Positions 1 to 9,837 of a DNA stretch of 45,138 nt are shown piece after piece. Source of the DNA: Octopus bimaculoides (taxonomy: Eukaryota); NCBI RefSeq assembly GCF_001194135.2, contig NC_068982.1, positions 49,144,751 to 49,189,888 on the forward strand. The letters run 5' to 3'. Numbering within the stretch: position 1 is the stretch's first letter; each line of letters begins with the position of its first letter. The position numbers were made by a program, and so were the translations under genes. The notes under the pieces were generated by a model that did no database searches, was not told the origin of the DNA, and saw only the letters and a list, made by a program, of their open reading frames with translations.

Positions 1-33
<33 letters not shown>

Positions 34-47
34 CATACATGGTATAG

Positions 48-235
48 GCGTAGACATGCCTGTGTGGTTAAGAAGTTTGCTTCCTATTCTCATGGTTTTG
101 GGTTCAGTCCCACTGTGTGGAACCTTTGGAAAATATTTCTACTACAGCCCTAAACTGAATAAAATCTTGTGAGTGAATTTTGAAGGTGGAAATCAAATGA
201 TGTCCATCCTATATGCATGCATGGGTTTGTGTGTG
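48..235 (+). mobile_element. tRNA-derived SINE head (family with internal microsatellite), degenerate
   Basis: TGTGTGGTTAAGAAGTTTGCTT...GGGTTCAGTCCCACTG (A/B-box-like). Homologous to copies at 12488, 13135-13526, 31750 and 35693. Confidence 0.7.
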
Positions 236-299
236 TGACTGTGAATGTATGTCTACAGGCCTATGTGTTTGTTTACATTATCTTTTTTCTTTTGTTCAG

Positions 300-382
300 C
301 TATGGGTGGTGATATTGCTGTAATTTTCCCCTGTCAACAGGTTGTTTGTTGTCTTTGCATCTCTGAAGACATGTGGAATAAG
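300..382 (+). CDS. Candidate internal exon of an unidentified host gene: (A)MGGDIAVIFPCQQVVCCLCISEDMWNK
   Basis: Strong acceptor tcttttttcttttgttcag at 299 and donor AAG|gtatcc at 382/383. Only one frame is open (phase 1 to 0). No homology recognised. Confidence 0.5.
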
Positions 383-632
383 GTATCCCTTACATCAGGG
401 TGTCAAACTCAATCGCACATAGGGCCAAAACTCAAAGTACACTTTAGGTTGTGGGCCAAACAGGAAAAACATTTATTGAACAGACTAAAACTTTTTGAAC
501 ATGACCATGTATTGAAACAGATAGTATGTAATTTTATTCCCAAAATAAATTAACTTTAACTTAAATTACTTAAATTACTACATAAAAATATCTCTTGTCA
601 AAGTTATACAAATTTTAAATAAGAACATGTCG

Positions 633-661
<29 letters not shown>

Positions 662-666
<5 letters not shown>

Positions 667-921
667 TCAGGGAAAAGAACCAAAGTTCATGAACTCATCC
701 ATGAAAATTCACAGTCACATAGAAAAATTAATAAGTAAATGCACGATAAATAAGTATAATATAATACACAGTAAAAATCATAAAATAATGATAATATTTT
801 ATGATTTTTACTTTGTATTATATTATACTTATTTATCGTGCCTTTTCTTAATAATTCTTCTATATGTGACTGTGGATTTTCATGGATGAGTTCATGAACT
901 TTGGTTCTTTTCTCTAAATTA
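662..921. mobile_element. Foldback (palindromic) MITE inserted in a (TA)n tract inside the hAT
   Basis: Arms 662-787 and 795-921 are reverse complements, with about 10 differences over ~126 bp and a 7-nt loop. Flanked by TA / (TA)n. Confidence 0.8.
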
Positions 922-1021
922 TATATTTATATATTTTATATTGTGAAACTGAATTTAATTTTAATTTTTGATAAATTGAATTTAATTGAGTTTTTACCTG
1001 TAAATTTGGATTTTTATCCCT

Positions 1022-1023
1022 AA

Positions 1024-1083
<60 letters not shown>

Positions 1084-1086
1084 TAT
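1022..1086. repeat. (TAT)n(TA)n compound microsatellite
   Basis: Direct reading of the sequence. Confidence 0.95.
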
Positions 1087-1140
1087 AAAATGTGCTTTTT
1101 AGTAAAAATTAAAATAATAAATCAAAACTTTCAATTTTCT

Positions 1141-2950
1141 TTAAGCAGTTTTGTCCAAGCTACATACTTGGCATCTTTTCTTGGCAACGAGTTCATTAGT
1201 ATTTGGGGCATGGTTCTGTCGTTGAGATTCTCAGGATGGATTGCAGGTGTTCATCTGTGAGATGTCTCCTATTCGATGTTTTATTCATCTTCATCACAGA
1301 GAACAGCTGCTTGCAGAGATATGTACTTCCAAACAAAGACAGCATTCGCACTGCATGTAAATGGAGCTGAGGCATTGCTTCAAGTATGAAGCGAGTGAAC
1401 TGTGTGGGCCCCACAGAGTTGTACTTTGCTTTTAATGTCCCATTACACTGCAGTTCTATCAGCTCCATTTGAATCTGTACAGGTGAACTTTCCACACAGA
1501 TGGCAAATGGGCTGCGAAGCAGCTCGAAATTATTTTTACACGGTGTGAATTCTAAAGTGCTGTGCGAATTCAGTGTGGAATGCACTCAGTTTTTTCAGTA
1601 AAGTGTTGGTTTGAGAACACCATGGCACTGACTTGATTCAACATTACTTGGCAACAGGGAAAGTGAAATAAGTCCACTTGGTGTATTTATGTCTCCCATA
1701 AGCGCAGCTTCACTTGAAATGCCTTCACTCCATCATACATGTCACAGATCATGTGGTCCCATCCCTGGAGTTAGATGGTTGAAACACTGAGATGTGTAGT
1801 TATGTCCACTAGAAATGCCAACTTGCATTTCCAGTTTTCATCCCATTGAACTTTGGATTATTTTCCTTTACTGTCCATGAACTGACATATTTCTTCAACC
1901 AGCTCAAAAACGATATTGAGAACCTATCTCCGACTGAGCCACTGCATCTCCAAATGATAAGGCATGTCACCGAAATCTGAATGCATTTCTTGCAGGAAAG
2001 ACTGAAATTGGTGGTGAGTTAACCCTTTGGCTTGGATAAAATTTATGGTTTGCATTACAGTGCTCATTACATGTTCCATTTTTAAGACTTTAGCACACGT
2101 TCCCTGGTGTATGATGCAGTGATATGTTGTCAACTCACTAGCGCAGTTCCCTTCTTGCATCTTTAAATATATCCTACCCACTAGTCCACTTTTTTCACCG
2201 CACATCGCCGGTGCTCCATCTGTTGTAAGTCCAACAAATTTGTCCCAAGGCAGTTTCATGTCGGTTACACTCTGACATATTTTTCAAAAAGGTCCTTTCC
2301 TGTTGTTGTCCCGTGTATTGATATAATGTCCAAAATTTCCTCCATGATGGACAAATTGGAGTCCACTTCATGGATGAAGATAGCCAGCTATGCTGTATCA
2401 GTCATGTCAGTAGTCTCATCCACAGCAAGAAAATATGCAACAAAATCTTTTCCTTTTTCATCAACTGTGTTTTCAAATCAGTAGCCTTCTCACACACTTG
2501 ATCAGCAACCATATTTCTGCTAATACTCATGTTAGCAAACAATTGCTTCTTGTCTGGACACAAAATGTCACACATTTTCATCACACAGTTCTTCACAAAC
2601 TCTTCTTCGGTAAATGGCTGGGATGATTTTGCAATCTCCTCTGCCACAATAAAACTTACTTTAACAGCAGCTTCCTTTTGTGAGTTTGCTTTGCTTAAAA
2701 ATGTCTTTTGTAATATGGGATTCCTCCTCAACTCATCTACCTTTTGTTGCATCTACTCAGCAGTGAAGTTTTTATACTTGTCCTGATGTTTTGTCTTGTA
2801 CTGGCGTTTGTGATTATACTCTTTAAGTACAGCAACATTAGCACCACAATTAAGACACACAGTTTTGCCATCAATGTCAATAAACATGTACTAAGTTTTC
2901 CACCAGATTTAAATGGCTCTTTTTTCAGCATCGACTTTTCTCTTGGCCAT
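1141..2950 (-). pseudogene. hAT transposase pseudogene (GTF2IRD2/ZBED5/SPIN-like), multiple stops and frameshifts
   Basis: Read across frames: MAKRKVDAEK...VCLNCG..VAVLKEYN...; LAVDETTD; GLTTDGAPAMCG; YHCIIHQ; WLSR; LSLFGSTYLCKQLFSVMKMNK..RRHLTDEHLQSILRIST; NELVAKKRCQV...* ending at 1141. Confidence 0.92.
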
Positions 2951-3941
2951 TTATATAGGTAACTACTACTACTACTACTAAATGACATCACATGAAAATG
3001 ATTACCCAAAAGGCGATCAGCCAAAAGGCGGCTGTTGCAGTGCATTATGGGATTAGTAGATTTTGTATCATCAGCACTTCACAATACGTGATTAGAGTAT
3101 TGAAGGAGGTGTTTCCTAGCATGCTTCGTTGCAGTTACAGTTAAGACTTGTGACTGTATTATCATGTCACTTTAATGTACTCTTTTGTACAAACATGGGG
3201 TAATAGTTACAGTGGTGTTGTTTCTAGTCGTGTATTAAAGTATTGCTACTTTTGGTGACACCCTTTGTAATAAAGGTAGTGCAGTCAGTGCTACGTACAA
3301 TGTAATGGCCTGCTTTAGTCACACACTATCCATGTGTAGTTGTAACAAGAAGGCATTGGTGTTGTTGAGGGCAACAAAGTACACTATTTGCTAATGCCAA
3401 CATTTGGACTAATTTCATGCTGATATCAAAATGGTCCTGTGGGCTGGATGAAATTGCTGCATGGGCCAGAAGTGGCCAGAGAGCCAGGAGTTTGACATAT
3501 AAAGCTTAGCAAAATGAAGGGCATCTATCTCTAAAACAATGCCTCAGTAAACTTATGCTAAAACTTCTCCCCACAAACTACATCTCTGTCTCTGTTCAAA
3601 CATCATCTCCCTTTCTTTCATGTTTCCTCTGTTTACTATATCATTACTATTCTGCTGCCTTTCATCTTTTGCCAGTCATTCCAACATTTATCATCAGTCA
3701 TCCTTGCACCCTTGTTCACAATACACTGCAAAGACCCCTTCATCTTCAACCTCTCTACAGTTTTCACCTACTCTCCCCTACTTTCTCTTCCACTCATTTT
3801 TACCATCAACCACATCTCTATCCTTGTTCTCCATAGAAACAGAAATATAAAGTTATACATTTGAGTATGCTACTAATATGTGTGTATGTAAATTTATGTA
3901 CAGCCAGTATCTGCATACACAAAAACTCATTCTTCTGCCAC

Positions 3942-3986
<45 letters not shown>

Positions 3987-4067
3987 TATACACATATACA
4001 TACATGGAGATTACAAATCTATAACCATACACAGTATATGAATGAAGTCAACAAACTCCCAAACTCT

Positions 4068-4920
4068 NNNNNNNNNNNNNNNNNNNNNNNNNNNNNNNNN
4101 NNNNNNNNNNNNNNNNNNNNNNNNNNNNNNNNNNNNNNNNNNNNNNNNNNNNNNNNNNNNNNNNNNNNNNNNNNNNNNNNNNNNNNNNNNNNNNNNNNNN
4201 NNNNNNNNNNNNNNNNNNNNNNNNNNNNNNNNNNNNNNNNNNNNNNNNNNNNNNNNNNNNNNNNNNNNNNNNNNNNNNNNNNNNNNNNNNNNNNNNNNNN
4301 NNNNNNNNNNNNNNNNNNNNNNNNNNNNNNNNNNNNNNNNNNNNNNNNNNNNNNNNNNNNNNNNNNNNNNNNNNNNNNNNNNNNNNNNNNNNNNNNNNNN
4401 NNNNNNNNNNNNNNNNNNNNNNNNNNNNNNNNNNNNNNNNNNNNNNNNNNNNNNNNNNNNNNNNNNNNNNNNNNNNNNNNNNNNNNNNNNNNNNNNNNNN
4501 NNNNNNNNNNNNNNNNNNNNNNNNNNNNNNNNNNNNNNNNNNNNNNNNNNNNNNNNNNNNNNNNNNNNNNNNNNNNNNNNNNNNNNNNNNNNNNNNNNNN
4601 NNNNNNNNNNNNNNNNNNNNNNNNNNNNNNNNNNNNNNNNNNNNNNNNNNNNNNNNNNNNNNNNNNNNNNNNNNNNNNNNNNNNNNNNNNNNNNNNNNNN
4701 NNNNNNNNNNNNNNNNNNNNNNNNNNNNNNNNNNNNNNNNNNNNNNNNNNNNNNNNNNNNNNNNNNNNNNNNNNNNNNNNNNNNNNNNNNNNNNNNNNNN
4801 NNNNNNNNNNNNNNNNNNNNNNNNNNNNNNNNNNNNNNNNNNNNNNNNNNNNNNNNNNNNNNNNNNNNNNNNNNNNNNNNNNNNNNNNNNNNNNNNNNNN
4901 NNNNNNNNNNNNNNNNNNNN
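4068..4920. other. Assembly gap (first of nine N-runs, most flanked by (AT)n/(AC)n microsatellites)
   Basis: N-run. The other gaps are listed in the summary. Confidence 0.99.
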
Positions 4921-5373
4921 TATACACGCACACATACACATACACTCACATACACATAAGTACATAGACAGATGCATATATATATGTAATGCATATCTTT
5001 ACACATATATATATATATATACACACACACACTCACATACATGCACATGCACATATATATTGTCATTTTATCTATGAGGCTACACTAAAGCACCAGTACT
5101 TCAGAAGCCCCTTTCTTTTGGGTTAATTACACCTGACATTTACGTTTTTGAAAGCTTTGTTGTGTCAACATATTTTGTTAATATTATATACACACACACT
5201 CACACATATGGGGTGGGGTTGGCCAAAAGTAAGTACACAGTTGCCTAATATGAGTGTAATGTTCTTTTCATTTCTCTATTCCGTTTTAAGGATAAGAATT
5301 CTATGATTCTATGTTCTTATTAGCCAATTCTTTGTAGTAAAGATTGTTTGCCAACATAACATGGCAGATCGTG

Positions 5374-5531
5374 TCATGTAGCCAGCTGGAGACAATGTCT
5401 CCTGGGGTTAAGTTATAGCAACATTCGTCCTAAAACCAGGACTGCCATGTTATGTTGGCAAACAATCTTTACTCCAAAGTACTGTTGCTGAATATCTCTT
5501 GTTGTGAGATTTAAAAATAGTAATTTTCTAA
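5374..5531 (+). repeat. Left copy of 158-bp direct terminal repeat (right copy 7736-7893)
   Basis: Ungapped alignment at offset 2362 with 10 mismatches in 158 bp (~94%). Confidence 0.95.
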
Positions 5532-5925
5532 TTTATAGATCAGTGACTAGTTGTCACTTTGAAAACAATATATTTCGAACATTCTTGTTGTTTTTTGAAG
5601 AATACTGAGTGAAATTTTTTTGTGTGAAGCTGCCATCGTTGGGTGGTAGTGAGTAATTGAAAAATGAAAAGTTACGTGGAGGCTACTGGAGGTCGAGCTC
5701 TCCTAGACCCACGTGTGCTGAAGCCAGAGATGATAGAGTGGAATGAGACGTTGATAACTAAATATTATGGTATGATAAAGAAAGAAAGGTCAAACTTGAA
5801 AATGACCCTGCCAGAGAAGGAAAATGGAAAACAAGACGGTTATATTCAGAACATTTTCAAATGTAAATAGGAGAAATGAACATGTACCACAGGAAGAGAT
5901 AGAAGTATAAGAATTGGATGAGATA

Positions 5926-6286
5926 TGACGGCTCAGCAGTCTCTCCCCAGTTCTTATATTAATCATTAAAATCCAGAAATACAACAACACGAGGGATAAC
6001 GGTAACAACAAATCAATACTTTATTCTAGGTTGGTGTAGAGCCGTTTCGTTCCTGGGTGAACAGGCATGCCGCTAGAATACCAAAGAAGCTTCGACCACA
6101 TGTCGGGGTCGAGTTGGGAGATACGTGTTGTCGCCACCGCTGCTAGAGAGAAAAAGAGGTCGGACGCTATTGCTTTCTCTCCACCTGTTGCATTGCGCAT
6201 GCGTGCTCGGGTACTTCCGCTGACGGCAAGTCCCTTGTACATGCACAATGGCACTGCCCAAGATGGCGGCCACACGCGCCACTACA
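5926..6286 (-). mobile_element. Solo LTR (probably Gypsy-type), CpG-rich and relatively young
   Basis: Minus strand starts TGTAGTGGCG and ends in CA (5926, or alternatively 5919). AATAAA at 6020-6025 (minus). Removing it restores the surrounding ORF. TSD not clearly recovered. Confidence 0.7.
6194..6270. promoter_or_regulatory. Cluster of NRF1-like, ETS-like, half-CRE and YY1-like motifs in the LTR U3
   Basis: TGCGCATGCGT 6194-6204; ACTTCCG 6213-6219; TGACG 6221-6225; AAGATGGCGGC 6260-6270. Motif match only. Confidence 0.45.
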
Positions 6287-7641
6287 GAAGAAATCTTGGA
6301 GAAACAAATAGGAGAAGAGATAACGTTCTGTAACGAGGATGGAAATATGCGTCGATAGCAGTAACCTTTGTATCAGAAGAGGAGGTGAAGAAAACCGACA
6401 ACAGGCTGATACAAGGAGGAAAATGGACGTTGATGCCAAATTTTTGGGGCTACGGACTAGAGATAATCTGTGCAGTGAGCCCAAAATATTACGAAGAAAT
6501 GGCAGAAACTTTAGAACTACCAAATGGGAGAAAAGCTGGAAATAATGTTGGAGAGGTGACCTCCAAAGTGTTACAAATGTGGTGAAAGAGGGCACTTGAG
6601 AAAGAAATGTCCTAGAGCAGCAGTGAAAATGGTAGAGGAGAGTGTTCAGGAAGATATAATGGTAGAAAAAAAAGCAGAAACAGAAAACAGGACATGAAGG
6701 GAATTTTGAAGAGGTGAAACCCAGAAAAAGAGAGAGAAGGAAGTCACCAACGAGAGTGGAATTAAAGAAGTTCAAAGCAATGGAAGAGGAAACTCAACCC
6801 ACGATGAGAAACGTAGAAGATTTACCAGTAGAATTACCAGTAAAGGACTTACAAGTACAGAGTCATTCAGACCAGCACACATTCAAACACATAGACATGC
6901 AAAGGCACACAAATAATAACGAACAGAAACAAGACAACCCAGAATTACAGAAACCTAAAGACATAGACACACAGACGAAACACGTAGAATTACAGTCAAA
7001 CAAACACACAGACACACAAATACACGGACACAGAGACACACAGATATAATCCCAAGAAAGCCCAAAATTACAGAAATATAAAGAAAAAAAGAGATAACAT
7101 GCAAAACACAAACAAAAAGAAAATTATAGTGAGATGCAGGACACCCCAAACTTAAAAGAATGCAAAATTGAAAGATACTGTGAGAGATTGAACCCACTGA
7201 GGCTGGAGGTGGATGTTGAACCTCGCACCTCGGTGGTGAATTACGTGGACAAAAAGGAAAAGATGAAGTGGTAAGTCGTAATTTAATTAGAAACTGTGAA
7301 AAACATTTGGCTGAACATTTTGGTTTAAAAAAAGGAAAAAGAAAAAAGTAAATCCTGTATGAACATTTGTTTAAAAAGTTTAAAATTGTAAGGTGAAAGT
7401 GAAAAGGAAATTGTGGTTTTGCCTTGGAGCAGGGCTAGAAATTGTTATGTAAAACGTAAAGGTCTAAAAGAAAAGGAATCCATGGTTTCATCTCGCAGTG
7501 GGAGCAAGATGACTGTCTCATTTGCATTGTAATTTTATTCATTTTATATTCATCCTATCATGTGTTTTTGTTCCTGCATGTCTGTGTATGTCACCTCTGT
7601 GTTTAGGCCTTGTGCCAGTAATAAAGATTTAACCTCTAGCC

Positions 7642-7704
7642 AAACAATTATTCTGTACTGATGAAGGGAAATAACCTGGAAATCACGATACACAGATATT
7701 GTTT
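7642..7704 (+). ncRNA. Type I hammerhead ribozyme (minimal stem III, probably decayed)
   Basis: CUGAUGA 7658-7664. Stem II GGG/CCU with loop AAAUAA. GAAA 7679-7682. Stem III AUC-AC-GAU and cleavage triplet AUA at 7688-7690. Stem I UCUGU/ACAGA plus AAACAAU/AUUGUUU around an internal loop. Confidence 0.65.
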
Positions 7705-8334
7705 TGAGCTGAATGAGAGTACTAGATTCTCTTGTTCATATAGTCAGCTGGAGACAATGTCTCCTGGGGCTAAATTACAGCAACATTCATCCTAAAACCA
7801 GGACTGCCATGTTATGTTGGCAAACAATCTTTACTACAAAGTACTGTTGCTGAATATCTCTCGTTGAGAGATTTAGAAATAGTAATTTTCTAAGCTAGTT
7901 CTTTCTATAATAAAATAAGTATTCCTAATTTCAGATATTTATGATATAGCTGGAAATTTGTCCTATGTTGAAAGAAAGTGGATCATCAAACAGTACTGGA
8001 AAACAGAGAATGCAGAAATGAACTGAAAAATTTCAACAGCCAGCTCCATCAAGATTAATAATTTACAGAATACATGACAAATTTGCATAGACTGGGCCAA
8101 TCTGCTACTCCCAGAAAAGTGTTCAACTAGTCAGTGTTACCACAAAACATAATAAAATGCGTGTGGCTCAAGCATTCGCTCAAAGAATCCAAAAATCAAA
8201 AAAGAAGGATTCCAATGAACTAGGCATCTCCTGTAGAGTCCTCAGTCAACTAATGAATCCCTTACCTAAAAAGGAAATCGAAAAATATAGAGAAACTGTA
8301 TACCTACTTTTGCCCATCTCCGTATATAAAAGTT

Positions 8335-8590
8335 AATGGTAAAGTTTCCTTCTTGGGCCATACCGAGTCATAAGGGCCAGTTTCCAAGTTTCCATGGCAT
8401 ATATATTCCCCACCTGGCCAGGACACAGGTCTGTCTCAGAATTATTCACTTTTGCCAGCTGAGTGAACTGGAGCAACGTGAAAGGAAGTATTTTGCTCAA
8501 GAACACAACGCGTTGCCCGGTCCAGGAATTGAAACCACAATCTTATGATCATGAATCCAACACCATAACTACTAAGCCATATGCCTCCAC
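8335..8590 (-). mobile_element. tRNA-derived CORE-like SINE
   Basis: Minus-strand head TGGCTTAGTAG (A box) and GGTTTCAATTCC (B box), then GTGTTCTTGAGCAAAATACTT...GCTCCAGTTCACTCAGCTGGCAAAA. Multiple homologous copies in the window. Confidence 0.85.
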
Positions 8591-8743
8591 TATCCCTGTA
8601 TATATGTATGGGTTGTCCCAAAAGTATTGCTAAAGTGGGTTTAAGGTTTTTACGAACTGACATGGTTCATTCAAATTGCCCACGCTAAATAAACTAACTC
8701 ATTCTCTATAGTAAACTCTTTTTCTTGTTCTTCTTCATTACAG

Positions 8744-9003
8744 ACAAATATATTCTTCCAAGCATAGACATCATGAAGATCTTGATAAAGTGTACAGACT
8801 ATCCAGCAACTACAAGAGGCTACAGTTTCTTTAAAGAGTTAGCACCATTGACAAGCGTATTGTGCATAGAAGGAATGGAAAAACCAGCTCCAGCTTTGAA
8901 GATTAAACATACAACAGTAGATCAACTACTACAACCACTAACATATATTGCCAACAAATGGATAAATTGGTTTCCTGTCCCCACCCATTTCTACTCACCT
9001 TGA
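8744..9003 (+). CDS. Candidate terminal coding exon of an unidentified gene: (D)KYILPSIDIMKILIKCTDYP...ANKWINWFPVPTHFYSP*
   Basis: Strong acceptor ttcttgttcttcttcattacag at 8743, followed by an ~86-codon open frame in AT-rich DNA. No strong internal donor. No homology recognised. Confidence 0.55.
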
Positions 9004-9087
9004 ACCTTGAGGCTCCAGACTGTCAGCTCATCACCATTTTATCTCTTTCCAACTCCACTCTAGTCACTAACATTTTTTCTTCTTTAA

Positions 9088-9269
9088 CCCTTTAGCATTC
9101 AATTTACCCTGTCAAATGTAAAGCTTATTTATTCACATTGTTTTGAAATAATCATGGATTGTCTTGTAGCTTTGAAATATTGATGATGTGCCAGGCTGGA
9201 TTTGGCAGGTTTCAACATAAACTAGGTAAAATATTTGGGCTGAGTAAGGCCAGTTTAAATATTAAAGTG
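9088..9269. mobile_element. TTAA-flanked piggyBac-like MITE
   Basis: TTAA at 9084-9087 and 9270-9273. Termini CCCTTTAGCATT / AATATTAAAGTG match at 9/12 as inverted repeats. Confidence 0.6.
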
Positions 9270-9485
9270 TTAATGTTAGTAGCCATGTAGTTCTTCTACA
9301 ACAAGTAGACTGTTTAGTTCTGGCCCATTTTCTCATACTTTATTCCTTCATCCCTCTCTCTTCTGTAGTTCCATTCAGTCAAAGTGATCTGATCTTAATC
9401 TAGCAAACTGCATGGTGGCCTCACTAGTGTTGGTGCCATAGAAAAGGCACTCCATCGGTTATAATGAGTGTTCTAGATGATCCGG

Positions 9486-9744
9486 TTAACAGAACAGCCT
9501 GCTCGTGAAATTAACGTGCAAGTGGCTGAGGACTCCACAGACACACATTCCCTTAACGTAGTTCTCAAGGAGATTCAGCATGACACAGAATGAATTACAA
9601 GTACTACTCATTTTTGCCAGCTGAGTGGACTCGAGCAATGGGAAATGAAGTGTCTTGCTTAAGGACACAATGTGCTGCCAAGTATTGAACTCACGACCTA
9701 ACAAAGGTGAGCTGAATGTCCTAACTACTGAGTGACACACCTTC
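9486..9744 (-). mobile_element. tRNA-derived CORE-like SINE
   Basis: Shares the ttttgccagctgagtggact..gagcaa..gaaatgaagtgtcttgct core with the copies at 8335 and 33930. Confidence 0.8.
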
Positions 9745-9837
9745 ACTAAATGATGATAACACACACACACACAAACACATATACACACATAAGCACACAG
9801 AGGCATATATATATACATTATTAAGCAGCATTTTTTT

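Larger units (their letters stand above)
396..3503 (-). mobile_element. hAT DNA transposon (Buster/SPIN-like), near full length, decayed
   Basis: TIR core TGTCAAACTC at 401-410 versus GAGTTTGACA at 3488-3497. Subterminal GGGCC motifs at both ends. Both 8-bp flanks fit nnnTAnnn (ccttacat / gcttagca) but match each other at only 4/8. Internal transposase pseudogene. Confidence 0.85.
5664..7274 (+). pseudogene. Disrupted single ORF for an ORF1/Gag-like nucleic-acid-binding protein with a CX2CX4HX4C zinc knuckle, split by a solo LTR
   Basis: Starts MKSYVEATGG at 5664. ELDEI|EEILEKQIGEE reads in frame across the LTR. WKYASIAVTFVSEEEVKK is RRM-like (inference). CYKCGERGHLRKKC at 6569-6610. K/E/Q/T-rich low-complexity tail, ending ...VNYVDKKEKMKW* at 7274. 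Confidence 0.75.
5334..7893 (+). mobile_element. Non-autonomous Penelope-like-architecture element with a hammerhead ribozyme and an ORF1/Gag-like CCHC ORF; no RT
   Basis: 158-bp direct repeats (5374-5531, 7736-7893). Inverted 5' piece (5330-5367). Candidate TSD gccaattcttt (5323-5333) / gctagttcttt (7894-7904). Hammerhead at 7642-7704 and AATAAA at 7620. Confidence 0.7.
5214..8322 (+). mobile_element. Tc1/mariner-superfamily element, internally deleted and interrupted by a nested insertion at 5334-7893
   Basis: TIRs tggggttggccaaaagtaagtacacagtt (5214-5242) and aactgtatacctacttttgcccatctccg (8294-8322) match at 23/29, with TA after the right TIR. Transposase N-terminal HTH remnant MSYVERKWIIKQYWKTENAE...PSRLIIYRIHDKF...NKMRVAQAF at ~7960-8260. 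Confidence 0.8.

Noticed and set aside
5374-7893. 158-bp direct repeats read as true LTRs of an LTR retrotransposon
   Set aside because: No terminal CA, no primer-binding site and no polypurine tract. The hammerhead, inverted 5' piece and ~11-bp TSD fit pseudo-LTRs better.
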